Shown here piece after piece: positions 46,252 to 56,234 of a stretch of DNA of 64,000 bases. The translations under genes were made by a program, and so were the position numbers. Source of the stretch: Thermoplasmata archaeon (GTDB lineage Archaea > Thermoplasmatota > Thermoplasmata > Thermoplasmatales > GCA-001856825). The stretch lies in NCBI GenBank assembly GCA_049966795.1, contig JBMFTY010000001.1:14444-78443 (forward strand), in the 5' to 3' direction. Numbering within the stretch: the stretch's first letter is position 1; each line of letters opens with the position of its first letter. A model generated the notes under the pieces. The model worked only from the letters and a program-made list of their open reading frames with translations. It was not told the DNA's origin and ran no database searches.

Positions 46252-47205
46252 ATGAATAGAACGTCAGTGGCCGCAATAGCCGTAGTGGTATTAGTTATCA
46301 TAATTTCCTCGGTGGCCTTCGCTCTTCACGAGAATCGGTCCCCCTCATCTCAGGACAAGATTACCGTGACATACATCCTCGATGGGCAGAACGTCACGGA
46401 GACAATCAAGCTGCCTGTCAAGAGGGTCGTTTCCATGGATCCGTCAAACACACAGATGATGTTTGCAATAGGGGCAGGGAATCTGGTGGTAGCCGATACG
46501 AGCTATGACTGGTGGCCTTCGAATGCAACCAAGCTTCCAAAGGTGGAGATGGACAACGGAACGGCATCCGTGGAGGAAGTTATCTCTATGAACCCAGACC
46601 TTGTTCTGGCATACGGCGGGATTCAGCCTCCGCAGATAATCGATCAGCTGGAAAATAATTCCATACCTGTTCTTGTCTTCCAGCCTCAAGACATCCAGCA
46701 GATATACCAGGACATGCTCGTCCTTGGGAACGTGACAGGGCACGAAAGCGGGGCCGTGAAAGAGGTCAACTCCATGAAGCAGGAGATACAGAGCATCCAG
46801 CAGAAGGTATCCCCATATCCGAGGGTCTCAGTGCTTTACATGCTATGGTCGAATCCCATCTATACTGCCGGGCCAGGGAGCTTCATAAATAATATCCTTG
46901 AGGTTGCGGGAGCAGTAAACATAGCCGAGAATCTGTCATCCCCCTATCCGGAAATCAGCATGGAGCAGATCATATACTCTAACCCTCAGGCTATAATAGT
47001 GGACAACGATACGCCCATTTCAAACATGTCCTATTTCACGACCGGAGCCCAGGCTCCGCTTTGGCAGAACATAACAGCTATACAGACAGGCAGGGTTCTC
47101 TTCTTTAACGCAACTGAATCAAACTGGATGAATGAGCCAGGCCCATTGACCGTATATGCTGTGAGAACTGTCGCTGAATTCCTCTATCCCCAGGCATTCC
47201 AATGA
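46252..47205 (+). CDS. ABC transporter substrate-binding protein (FecB/BtuF-type, iron-chelate or cobalamin)
   Basis: Has an N-terminal membrane anchor and a periplasmic-binding-protein class layout. It is the first gene of a three-gene transporter with overlapping junctions. Confidence 0.75.
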   Translation: MNRTSVAAIAVVVLVIIISSVAFALHENRSPSSQDKITVTYILDGQNVTETIKLPVKRVVSMDPSNTQMMFAIGAGNLVVADTSYDWWPSNATKLPKVEMDNGTASVEEVISMNPDLVLAYGGIQPPQIIDQLENNSIPVLVFQPQDIQQIYQDMLVLGNVTGHESGAVKEVNSMKQEIQSIQQKVSPYPRVSVLYMLWSNPIYTAGPGSFINNILEVAGAVNIAENLSSPYPEISMEQIIYSNPQAIIVDNDTPISNMSYFTTGAQAPLWQNITAIQTGRVLFFNATESNWMNEPGPLTVYAVRTVAEFLYPQAFQ

Positions 47206-48188
47206 GGGCCAGGTACTATCTTTTCACAGTTTTTCTGGTACTTTTAACATTGGCCAATGTGATCATCTCCCTCTACATAGGGCCCGTCCACATATCCATC
47301 CCGGCAATCCTCGAGAACATGTTCAAATTCCTCGCAAGAAGGGACCCGAACTGGACGATTTCCACCATAATTTTCTACGTCCGCCTCCCAAGAATAATTC
47401 TGGCGGTCCTCATAGGCATGATCCTTGGGATATCAGGGCTGGTAACCCAGACGATTTTCAAGAACCCCCTCGGGGACCCTTACCTCACAGGGGTATCGAG
47501 CGGCGCGGCCCTGGGGGCTGCAATCGGCTTCCTTGTTTCACCATTCCTGGTCCCATTCCTGGCCTTTTTCTTTGCAATGCTTGCTGTCGGAATCTCGTTC
47601 CTCATATCCAGGTCTGGTGGAGAGGTGAGGGCTGAGATGCTCATCCTTGCCGGGGTATCTGTGAGTTTCTTGTTTTCCGCCGTTGCCTCGTATCTGATAT
47701 ACCTTAAGGTCTATAACCTTCGAGGGGTTCTGTTCTGGCTACTCGGAGGGCTCTACGGAGCAACCTGGACCGACGATTACTACCTCTTCATAGCTCTCCT
47801 TGTGGCAATGCCAGTTTTTCTCTACATGAAAAGGGAGCTTGACATCATGCTGATGGGAGACGAACAGGCGAAGAGCCTGGGCGTTGACACCGGAAGGGTA
47901 AAGACAGTCGCGCTCCTCCTTTCCAGCCTTGTGACAAGCCTGGCCGTGTCATTTGTTGGGATCATAGGATTCATAGGTCTCGTCTCCCCCCATATAGGGC
48001 GAAAGATCGTGGGGGAATCCCATAGCATCCTTGCCATTGTTGCACCTCTCATAGGGGCAAACCTTCTTCTAGTCAGCGACACCATAGCGAGGAGCAGCCC
48101 TCAGGGTGAGATACCTGTGGGGATCATAACAGCCTTCATAGGATCCCCGGTCCTCATCTATCTTCTATTCAGGAGGAGGGGTATGTGA
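47202..48188 (+). CDS. FecCD-family ABC permease
   Basis: 328 aa, polytopic, with LPRIILAVLIG and GEIPVGIITAFIGSPVLIYLL. Confidence 0.9.
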   Translation: MRARYYLFTVFLVLLTLANVIISLYIGPVHISIPAILENMFKFLARRDPNWTISTIIFYVRLPRIILAVLIGMILGISGLVTQTIFKNPLGDPYLTGVSSGAALGAAIGFLVSPFLVPFLAFFFAMLAVGISFLISRSGGEVRAEMLILAGVSVSFLFSAVASYLIYLKVYNLRGVLFWLLGGLYGATWTDDYYLFIALLVAMPVFLYMKRELDIMLMGDEQAKSLGVDTGRVKTVALLLSSLVTSLAVSFVGIIGFIGLVSPHIGRKIVGESHSILAIVAPLIGANLLLVSDTIARSSPQGEIPVGIITAFIGSPVLIYLLFRRRGM

Positions 48189-48916
48189 TCGAGATTCGAA
48201 ATTTAACGGTGATGTACGGAAGGAAGATTGCCGTGGAAAATGTGAACCTGAGGATTGAAGACGGGGAACGCATCATTCTCATGGGACCAAACGGATCTGG
48301 GAAGACAACGATTCTGAAAGCAATTCTTGACCTGGTGCCCTACGAGGGGGAGGTCAGGATGGACGGGGTTGAGGTTCGCCTTCTCAAGAGGAGGGAACTG
48401 GCGAGGAATGTTGCATACGTTCCCCAGATATTCTCCACTCCCTACACCTTCTCCGTGAAGGAGTTTGTCTCGATGGGGCTATACAGCGTGCTTAGGGACT
48501 GGCTTTCCGCTGACGGAGTGGTCGAGGAAGCGATAGAGAAGGTCGGTCTCTGGGATCTGAGGGAAAAGAGTGTCAACACGCTTTCCGGAGGGGAACTTCA
48601 GAAAGCCGTGATCGCGAGGGCTCTGGTCCAGGATGCCAGGTACATTCTCATGGATGAGCCAACCGCACACCTTGATATAAAGGCGGTCAAGGAGATACTG
48701 GATATTGTCGAGAGCATGCGTGACAAGGGCCTCATACTGGTATCCCACGATCTGAATCCCTTGAACAGGATTCACGGAACATTGGCCCTCCTCAGGAATG
48801 GGAGGCTGGAATTCGCCGGAAAGAAAGGTGACCCAAAACTCCCCGGGAAACTCGAAGAAGTCTTCGGAATAAAGGTGGCGGAGTTCAACGATGCCCTTCA
48901 GTTCGAGCTATCCTAG
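48185..48916 (+). CDS. ABC transporter ATPase (FepC/BtuD-like)
   Basis: Has GPNGSGKTT, LSGGELQK and LMDEPTAHLD. Confidence 0.9.
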   Translation: MIEIRNLTVMYGRKIAVENVNLRIEDGERIILMGPNGSGKTTILKAILDLVPYEGEVRMDGVEVRLLKRRELARNVAYVPQIFSTPYTFSVKEFVSMGLYSVLRDWLSADGVVEEAIEKVGLWDLREKSVNTLSGGELQKAVIARALVQDARYILMDEPTAHLDIKAVKEILDIVESMRDKGLILVSHDLNPLNRIHGTLALLRNGRLEFAGKKGDPKLPGKLEEVFGIKVAEFNDALQFELS

Positions 48917-49801
48917 ATTCAGCCCTGTGAAAGATATCCTTGTCCTTACGGGATCCCCGTACTTCTTCAGTATGTCCATGGTCTCCTCGTCGTAGAGGGC
49001 TATGATGCTTTCGCCTATCAGGGAAACCGAAGCCATCTTTCCCTCGAGATCATCAAGGATTGTCTGAGCCTTGGGAGATATCAACCCTGACTCTTCAGAG
49101 AACTTTCTGCCAAGCACGAAGGCGTTTTCCATCGTCGGTCTTCTCAGAAAAGAGGCCATGGCCCTGTTTCCGTTCCTGGTTATCTCGTCCAGGTTTGACT
49201 GCGATTTTATTATCTCCCCTGTTGGCACTTTTTTCTTGAATGGCAGAATTATCAGTTCTCTCTGTGTGTGGAGTATTCTCTCCGTGACTGAATACGGGAA
49301 CGTTCCCCCCTTGATCCTCACGTGGAACCCACCCGAGATCTGAGACTGCACGTCTCCCAGCCCGGTGCCACGCTCTATCTCGATTTCATGGGCAATCCTG
49401 TATACTTCCCCGATTCGTGCATTGTCTCCCAGAATTACAGCGCTTGTGGTGAGTGCGGCCCCTGCGCTCAGGCCGAAACCGCTCGAGGGCGGAAGCTGGG
49501 AGGTCGAGAATATCCTCCCCGTAAACCCGAGCTTTCTCGCGACCTCTTCCTGGATCGAGTTATCTATGGGGATCCCATTGAACCTTATGTCCATCGAGTC
49601 GCTTGCTTCAGCTTTGGTTACCATACCGGCCTCTACACAAATCGCAACCCCCCTTGAACCCTTCTTTAGGACGTCCCTCTCCTTGTTGGGAACGAACATG
49701 AGGGTAGCGCTGCCTGGGGAAAACGCGCTACGAGAGAAACTCAACGATTCTCTTTGCGACTTCAAGTTTATCACCTTCAATCTCCTTCTCCCCGCTGTCA
49801 T
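48908..49801 (-). CDS. Pantoate kinase (GHMP family, archaeal CoA pathway)
   Basis: GHMP motif PPSSGFGLSAGAAL and N-terminus AFSPGSATLMF, adjacent to coaBC. The start is uncertain (ATG 49801 or TTG 49744); both overlap the coaBC end. Confidence 0.6.
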   Translation of the reverse strand: MTAGRRRLKVINLKSQRESLSFSRSAFSPGSATLMFVPNKERDVLKKGSRGVAICVEAGMVTKAEASDSMDIRFNGIPIDNSIQEEVARKLGFTGRIFSTSQLPPSSGFGLSAGAALTTSAVILGDNARIGEVYRIAHEIEIERGTGLGDVQSQISGGFHVRIKGGTFPYSVTERILHTQRELIILPFKKKVPTGEIIKSQSNLDEITRNGNRAMASFLRRPTMENAFVLGRKFSEESGLISPKAQTILDDLEGKMASVSLIGESIIALYDEETMDILKKYGDPVRTRISFTGLNLG

Positions 49802-50897
49802 TTAGCACGATGACTTTCGTACTTCCCTCCTTCACGTCCCGGAGGTCGTTAGCAACGATAGCATCTAGGGAATATTCATTCATCCTCTTCCTCGCCCGTT
49901 TTTTGAGTTCCTTCCTGGAAATGCCGTACTCTGCCTTGAAACCAACGATTTTTCCCTTGAATTTATCCCTAAGCATCTTCAGGAATTTCGGTGCGGGTTC
50001 AAGATCAAGGGAAATCGAGGATTCAGATGGTATCTTTCCTTCTGCTTTCTTCGTAGTGAAGTCTGACAGGGCTGCAGGAACGAAGACGATATCGTTCCTC
50101 GCTATTTCCTCTATCTCTGAAATCAGAGAACTTACGTTGCTGAACTTTTTATATTTCAGGAATGGGGGAACCCTGGCCCTGACCATCCCAAGGTAAAGGG
50201 AAAGGTCTGCACCCATGTAGTAGCAGGCCGTGGCAAGTGCTATAGAGGTCTCGCCTGAAGACATGTTCGTAATTATTCTCACGTCATCCATGAATTCGAA
50301 ACTGGCCCCTCCCACCACACATACTTTCCTGCCTGAGAGCTTTCCGTTAAGCTTCCTGATAACTTCCGCAACAATCGTTTCCTGATCAGCTATCTTGGCC
50401 TTGCCCTCCTCAATCACGGGATCAACGAAAGACACTCCATACGACTTCAGGACCTCGATATTCCTCATTATTATGGGATTGGAATACATGTTCCGGTGCA
50501 TTGCGGGAGCCACGACCACGGGAATGGTGCCCAAGGAATTGGTGAAAACAGATGTAACAGGAGTATCATCTATCCCGTGAGCCATCTTTGATATGGTGTT
50601 CGCGGTTGCTGGGGCAATGAGAAGGAGGTCGGAATTATCCACCAGGTTAACATGCTCAATGCCACCCGTCAGCTTCTCAACAACCACGTTTCCGGATGCA
50701 TATTCGAGGGCATACGGATTTACTATGAGCTTTGCGGACTCTGTCATCACAGGGAAGACCTTGGCCCCGTTCCTCCTGAGTTCATGGATTAGTTTCACGG
50801 TTTCCACTGCCGAAATGGAGCCAGTTACCCCTAGCACGATATTCCTTCCATCGAGGAATGTCGTCTTGAGTTTAAGGTTCTCCCCTCTCTTTTTCAC
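49728..50897 (-). CDS. coaBC: Bifunctional phosphopantothenoylcysteine decarboxylase/synthetase
   Basis: 389-aa flavoprotein N-domain (VLGVTGSISA...PAMHRNM) plus a DFP C-domain. Confidence 0.9.
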   Translation of the reverse strand: MKKRGENLKLKTTFLDGRNIVLGVTGSISAVETVKLIHELRRNGAKVFPVMTESAKLIVNPYALEYASGNVVVEKLTGGIEHVNLVDNSDLLLIAPATANTISKMAHGIDDTPVTSVFTNSLGTIPVVVAPAMHRNMYSNPIIMRNIEVLKSYGVSFVDPVIEEGKAKIADQETIVAEVIRKLNGKLSGRKVCVVGGASFEFMDDVRIITNMSSGETSIALATACYYMGADLSLYLGMVRARVPPFLKYKKFSNVSSLISEIEEIARNDIVFVPAALSDFTTKKAEGKIPSESSISLDLEPAPKFLKMLRDKFKGKIVGFKAEYGISRKELKKRARKRMNEYSLDAIVANDLRDVKEGSTKVIVLNDSGEKEIEGDKLEVAKRIVEFLS

Positions 50898-50951
50898 CCT
50901 TCCACATATTATTTACGATAAATAATTTAATGGAGGTTGCCTTTTCAGATC

Positions 50952-52301
50952 ATGAAAATTTTCGACACGCTCACATCCTCGCTGAAAACTATTGAAGCCA
51001 TCAGGGGCAGAAGGATAAACATGTTCGTGTGCGGTCCCACTGTTTATGACAAGCCGCACATGGGCCATGCGAGGACCTACATTTTTTACGATGTGCTAGC
51101 GAGATACCTGAGATACAGGGGTTTCCGCGTATTCTACCTCATGAATATCACGGACATAGAGGACCATATAATCCAGAGGTCCAGGGAAACTGGAAGGGGA
51201 TGGGAAGAGATAACCGCAAATTACTCTGCGGAATTCTTCAAGATAATGGCAGAGCTCAAGAACAGCTCTGTGAACTACTATGCGTTTGCCACAGATTTCA
51301 TGGAGGAGATAAAGTCGCAGATTTCCCGGCTTATGGAAAAGGGGTATGCGTACGAAACTGCAGACGGGGTCTACTTCAGGGTCAGCAAATTCAAAGGTTA
51401 CGGGAAGCTTTCGCATCAGAACATAGATTCCCTTCAGGCGGGGGCAAGGGTGGAGGTTAACGAGAACAAGGAAGACCCGCTGGATTTTGCCCTCTGGAAA
51501 AAAAGAAAGGAGAGGGAGCCGTACTGGCAGAGCCCTTGGGGTGAAGGAAGACCGGGTTGGCACATAGAAGATACCGCAATAACGGAATCCATCTTTGGGC
51601 CTACGTACGACATCCATGGAGGAGCAAAGGACCTCATATTCCCCCATCACGAATCTGAGATTGCCCAGATGGAATCAATATCAGGCAGGGAACCCATGGT
51701 AAGGTTCTGGGTACACACTGGCCATCTCAACGTGGACAACATAAAGATGAGCAAGAGCCTAAAGAATTTCATTACCGTGGAAGATGCGCTCAAGAGCTAC
51801 TGGCCCGAGGCATTAAGAATAATGATGCTTTCGATGCACTACAGCGCAGGGGTGAATTTTGACCTGAAGGCCGCGACCGATGCGCAGGCCAACGCGGAGA
51901 GGATATCAATGGCGGCTCATCGCGTGATGAGCTCAGAGGCAAGGAGAACGGACCGGGGGGATGAGGTGCTGCAGAGAATATTCTCCACACTTGAAAATGA
52001 CATGAATACGCCCGAGATGATGAGGGAAATAATAGCCTACGTGAGGGATTTCCTTGGGAATGAGAGGATCAGCGAGGAAGAGAGGGGGGAGGCCAAGTAC
52101 ATTCTCTCGGAGATAGAGAGGGTCACAGGCATAGTGAGGATGAACCAGCTGCCTACCAGTCCCCTTGATATCCTGCTGAGGATGAGAAACGACCTCAGGA
52201 AAAAAGGGAATTTCAAGGATGCCGACAAAATCAGGGATGAGCTGGGATCGTCCGGTATAAGGATAGAGGATTCCGCGGAGGGGAGCTATGCATGGTGGTG
52301 A
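50952..52301 (+). CDS. cysS: Cysteinyl-tRNA synthetase
   Basis: Has CGPTVYDKPHMGHAR (HIGH), KMSKS and WHIED. The start is set at ATG 50952 (MKIFDTLT). Confidence 0.9.
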   Translation: MKIFDTLTSSLKTIEAIRGRRINMFVCGPTVYDKPHMGHARTYIFYDVLARYLRYRGFRVFYLMNITDIEDHIIQRSRETGRGWEEITANYSAEFFKIMAELKNSSVNYYAFATDFMEEIKSQISRLMEKGYAYETADGVYFRVSKFKGYGKLSHQNIDSLQAGARVEVNENKEDPLDFALWKKRKEREPYWQSPWGEGRPGWHIEDTAITESIFGPTYDIHGGAKDLIFPHHESEIAQMESISGREPMVRFWVHTGHLNVDNIKMSKSLKNFITVEDALKSYWPEALRIMMLSMHYSAGVNFDLKAATDAQANAERISMAAHRVMSSEARRTDRGDEVLQRIFSTLENDMNTPEMMREIIAYVRDFLGNERISEEERGEAKYILSEIERVTGIVRMNQLPTSPLDILLRMRNDLRKKGNFKDADKIRDELGSSGIRIEDSAEGSYAWW

Positions 52302-52819
52302 ACATCGATGCCATAGTTGCAATTGATTTCATAAACGTGTTCGTGACAGGAAGGATGGGTGCCAGAAAGTTCGAGAAGGCCGTTTCAGCAACAAGAAGGC
52401 TTATAGATAGTACGGGAAAGTTTACGATTCTCGCGCAGGATTCTCACTCTAACGAGGACCCAGAAATTCCTATATGGGGCCCCCACGCAATGGAAGGCAC
52501 GGACGAAAGCGAAACAGTCCCAGCCCTAAGGGGGGCGGGCATGATTATGAAGAAAAGAACGTATGACGCGTTCTTCAATACGGAGCTTGAGAGCATCCTG
52601 AGAAGCAGGGGGTTCAGGGACATAGCATTCTGCGGCGTTGTTACGGACATATGCGTCGTGCATACGGTGGCTTCCGCATTTTTCAGGGGATTCAGGCCAG
52701 TGGTTGTGAGAGAATGCACTGACACCTTTTCCGACGACGTTAAAAACAAAACGCTTGATTACATGGCAAAGAACTACGGAGCAAAGGTAATATCCATTGC
52801 AGATATCATTGGGCAATGA
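52292..52819 (+). CDS. pncA: Nicotinamidase/isochorismatase-family hydrolase
   Basis: Cysteine-hydrolase fold with a catalytic Cys context (GVVTDICVVHT). Overlaps the downstream NAPRT gene by 4 nt. Confidence 0.7.
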   Translation: MVVNIDAIVAIDFINVFVTGRMGARKFEKAVSATRRLIDSTGKFTILAQDSHSNEDPEIPIWGPHAMEGTDESETVPALRGAGMIMKKRTYDAFFNTELESILRSRGFRDIAFCGVVTDICVVHTVASAFFRGFRPVVVRECTDTFSDDVKNKTLDYMAKNYGAKVISIADIIGQ

Positions 52820-53979
52820 GGAACATCGCCTCCTATGAGGATATTGCAAACCTTAGGACAACGGACATTTATTTCATCCGGGCCAAGTCTGTTCTGGAAG
52901 CGGTAAATTTCAACCCTGAAGTGGTGATGGAAGTCACATCCTCATCAAGGGAGATGCCGTGGATAGCGCTGTCGGGCCTTGATGATGCGGTGGAGATCCT
53001 CAAGGGAAAGAAAGTTGATGCCTATTCCCTTCCAGAGGGAACCATATTCCCGCCCAGAGACGTGAAAGGTATTCCGATACCCGTGCTGAAAATATCAGGG
53101 AAATACCTTGAGTTCGGGATGTATGAAACTCCAATTCTGGGCTCCCTTTCCCAGGCCTCCGGAATAGCTACAAAAGCCTCGTATTTCAAAAAGAGGATCG
53201 GGGATCTCCCTCTGATATCCTTCGGAATAAGGAGGATGCATCCCTCGCTTGCGCCCCTTGTTGACAGGAATGCCTACATTGGGGGGTGTGACAAGGTCTC
53301 GAGCATCATCGGGGCGGAGAGAATAGGAAGGAAGCCTGAAGGTACCATGCCACATTCCCTCCTCCTCCTTCTCGGAGAGGAGAGGGGGTGGAAGATGTAC
53401 GATCAGGTCGTGGAAAGGGGTATGATGAGGATAGCGCTGGTTGATACCTACGGGGACGAGAAGGAGGCATCCATAAGGGCAGCAAAAACAGTAAACGGCC
53501 TAAACGCAGTCAGGCTCGATACACCATCCTCAAGGAGGGGGAATTTTGCCGACATAGTGAGGGAAGTCAGATGGGAACTCGACAGAAGGGGGTACAAGAA
53601 CGTGGGGATAATCGTGTCAGGAGGGATAAAGGAGGAAGATATTGAGGCCCTCAAGGAAGCGGGTGCGACAGGATTCGGAATAGGTACCGCAATTTCCAGC
53701 GCATCCGCAATAGATTTCGCGATGGACATAGTTCAGATAGAGGGCGAGGATAAGACGAAGAAGGGGAAGTTTTCTGGTAATAAGAACGTTTTCCGCTGCC
53801 CCGAATGTCATGCGTTTCTGGTCAGCAGTGAAAGCGAGGCAGCCTGTCCGAAGGACGGCAGGGAGATGGACAACCTGATGACCAAGATCATTGACCACGG
53901 GAACGTGCTTTACAGCGAGAATCTGGAGAGTACCAGGAATTACGTACTGGAGCAACTAGGGTGGTACGAATTATCCTGA
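52816..53979 (+). CDS. pncB: Nicotinate phosphoribosyltransferase (archaeal type) with a C-terminal zinc ribbon
   Basis: 387 aa with TDIYFIRAKSVL... and a TIM-barrel PRTase layout. The C-terminus has CPECHAFL...CPKDG. Confidence 0.8.
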   Translation: MRNIASYEDIANLRTTDIYFIRAKSVLEAVNFNPEVVMEVTSSSREMPWIALSGLDDAVEILKGKKVDAYSLPEGTIFPPRDVKGIPIPVLKISGKYLEFGMYETPILGSLSQASGIATKASYFKKRIGDLPLISFGIRRMHPSLAPLVDRNAYIGGCDKVSSIIGAERIGRKPEGTMPHSLLLLLGEERGWKMYDQVVERGMMRIALVDTYGDEKEASIRAAKTVNGLNAVRLDTPSSRRGNFADIVREVRWELDRRGYKNVGIIVSGGIKEEDIEALKEAGATGFGIGTAISSASAIDFAMDIVQIEGEDKTKKGKFSGNKNVFRCPECHAFLVSSESEAACPKDGREMDNLMTKIIDHGNVLYSENLESTRNYVLEQLGWYELS

Positions 53980-54545
53980 TAACTGGATTTGGACCTTTTT
54001 CCACGTACAAGAGAAACCCTTCCGGCGAGATTGCGGAATTGCTTGACGGAACCTACTTTAAGGGGGAAGAGGTCAGGGGGTTGAAACTTGAGGTCAAGCA
54101 CTCCGAAATAAGGGCGAAATACCTGAAGGAAATAGAAAGGGATTATTCCCTGATAATAAATACAGGCCTGGCCCCAGGGGCAAGGTCCGTGAACGTGGAA
54201 AAGGTTGCGCTCAACTGGCAGAGCGACACGAGGGACGAAGAGGGGATCTCCCCATCCCCAGGAAGGATAGTTGAAGAGGGACCGGATGCAATATTCTCCA
54301 GGATAAATGTGGAGGAAACGGTACATTCTCTCAGATCCGCGGGAATACCATCAGAAATCTCATACTTCGCAGGCACGTTCCTCTGCAACAAGATATTCTT
54401 TCACACGCTGTATTTCACGAAATCAGCTGCAGGCTTCATTCACTTTCCTTTAACCCCGGAAGCCTCAGTGGATGGAAAATTTCCGACCATGGAAATAGAG
54501 CATATGATAAAGGCGGTCGAAACAGCAATCCTGAAGAATCTTTAA
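53961..54545 (+). CDS. pcp: Pyrrolidone-carboxylate peptidase
   Basis: ILITGFGPF...NPS and AGTFLCN (catalytic Cys). Confidence 0.85.
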   Translation: MVRIILITGFGPFSTYKRNPSGEIAELLDGTYFKGEEVRGLKLEVKHSEIRAKYLKEIERDYSLIINTGLAPGARSVNVEKVALNWQSDTRDEEGISPSPGRIVEEGPDAIFSRINVEETVHSLRSAGIPSEISYFAGTFLCNKIFFHTLYFTKSAAGFIHFPLTPEASVDGKFPTMEIEHMIKAVETAILKNL

Positions 54546-54546
54546 T

Positions 54547-54678
54547 CTACTGTCCTCCCCTTTTCTCTCTGGCCTTGAGCCTCAGCTCATGACTGCCGCA
54601 CTTCCTGCAGGTTGTTGCCCTGATGGGGTTTGAAGCGTAGCAGTTCATGCATATCTTCTTGTTGAATATTCTATCCAT
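54547..54678 (-). CDS. rpl40e: Ribosomal protein L40e (43 aa; below the ORF-track size cut-off)
   Basis: My translation is [43 protein letters not shown]. The CxxC...CxxC ribbon and basic tail are typical of archaeal L40e. Confidence 0.8.
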   Translation of the reverse strand: MDRIFNKKICMNCYASNPIRATTCRKCGSHELRLKAREKRGGQ

Positions 54679-54750
54679 TGCTTCCTTGAAGGGCATTCAA
54701 CCGTTATGTTCATTCCGTATAAATTTCTATTCATGCCTTCACTCGGATCA

Positions 54751-54823
54751 AGCCACCGGAGGGAATCGAACCCCCGACCTGCTGATTACAAATCAGCTGC
54801 TCTTCCGACTGAGCTACGGTGGC
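54751..54823 (-). tRNA. tRNA-Thr (anticodon TGT)
   Basis: GCCACCG...CGGTGGCT cloverleaf with anticodon arm GCTGA-TTTGTAA-TCAGC and T-loop GGTTCGATTCC. Confidence 0.9.
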
Positions 54824-55006
54824 GGATGAAGGGAAAATTATTGGCGTATTTTATCCTTTCCAGTGAATCTCAAAAGATCTGGATCCGGAGACATCCTTTC
54901 CGCCAGCGACCTTTACTTCGCAGCAAATGGGAGCTCAATGGCATCGTAACCTGCTGGAAGAGCGAGTGGAAGGCAGTGTTTGTGAAACGTTCCAGTTAAA
55001 TCGCCT

Positions 55007-56182
55007 TCATTCACGGTTAGTGGATCGCTCTGTGTCCTGGGATTCATGAAGGGAAAGTGCAATGCCCGAAAATATCTTCGGATGAAAGAACGTGGATTTT
55101 GGTGGAAGGATTCTTCCAGATGAAACAACGCTTAGAAATTTATCCTTGCTCCATCTGGGCATAAGTATTGCAGCGGTCGCACCTCCCCTGTTAACTTCCC
55201 TGATCGCTTCCGTCTCAAAGGGCGTATATTCCACCAAATTTTCCATGGAAACAATGTTGTGAGACTCTCCAGAGAGTATGAGATGGGAGTAATCCGGGGG
55301 CGTGTCTGGATACAACCCCAGCGACCTTACAAGGTCACGCGTTTCAGGAAGGGGCTCCATCTCCCTGAAGGATCCGTCGTACAGGATCATCCTTCCATCT
55401 CTTCCATCCTCCTGTATTTCGACGGTGCTGAATTCCGAATTTATCATTCCAAGGAGCTCCTTTCCCCCGCCCCTTATTATCCTGTGTATCCCGGATATTC
55501 TCAAACCAGGGGCATCAAGGGATGTTATGTAGGAAAGCAAAGGTATCCTCCCGAGACCCATTCTCTCCCTGTACCTGTTCACCTCAATGAGTGCCTTCAC
55601 CCTGTGGTGTCCGTCCGCAATTATTCCCCTCACGTCTCTCAGAGCTTCTGAAATTCTGGAGATGGCAGTGCCCTGCTTCACGGGATAGAGGGTGTTCACC
55701 ACGCCGGCGGAATCCACAAAGGAAAGCAGCGGCTCTTCCTTTTCCACAAGCGTTGAAATAAATTCTTCCACGTTCCCAGGGGCAACGATGAAAACCGGTT
55801 CTACCTGTGCCCCAGTGGCTGCCAGGAAATCCCTGCGTTTTATCACGTACTCTCTCATTGTACCCTCATGCGGGATCAGATCATTTTCGCTATCAAGTTC
55901 CAGCGAACATATCAGCCCTGTCCTTGAAACATTTTCACCGTCAAGAACAAAATCCTGTTTGAGGATCAGCATCATGTCCACCCCAACTTTCTTCAGCTTT
56001 CCTTCCTTTCTTAATCTCCCTAGCTGCCGCGATGGATTGGAGTTGAACATAATGGATGCCACATTATCCTCCCTCGAGGAAAGGCGAAGGGCCTCCTCTT
56101 TCCCTATCATGTCCATGGGGGGTGCTACGAAATCCGCTATGTTCCCGTGATACAAGTACGGTGAAAAGCCGCTGATCCTCAA
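55007..56182 (-). CDS. DUF1015-family protein
   Basis: 391 aa. N-terminus FSPYLYHGNIADFVAPPMDMI fits the DUF1015 'aPPYDvi' start, with DGHHR later. Confidence 0.7.
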   Translation of the reverse strand: MRISGFSPYLYHGNIADFVAPPMDMIGKEEALRLSSREDNVASIMFNSNPSRQLGRLRKEGKLKKVGVDMMLILKQDFVLDGENVSRTGLICSLELDSENDLIPHEGTMREYVIKRRDFLAATGAQVEPVFIVAPGNVEEFISTLVEKEEPLLSFVDSAGVVNTLYPVKQGTAISRISEALRDVRGIIADGHHRVKALIEVNRYRERMGLGRIPLLSYITSLDAPGLRISGIHRIIRGGGKELLGMINSEFSTVEIQEDGRDGRMILYDGSFREMEPLPETRDLVRSLGLYPDTPPDYSHLILSGESHNIVSMENLVEYTPFETEAIREVNRGGATAAILMPRWSKDKFLSVVSSGRILPPKSTFFHPKIFSGIALSLHESQDTERSTNRE

Positions 56183-56234
56183 TCCTTCACCCCCTTGAAT
56201 TCCCGATGCTGATGTACCGAAGGCATCGCTGTTC

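Noticed and set aside
54706-54999. A 97-aa ORF and a 60-aa ORF (54647..54829) span the region between rpl40e and the DUF1015 gene.
   Set aside because: Both run straight through the tRNA-Thr gene (54751-54823) and the rpl40e antisense strand, and neither has protein-like features.
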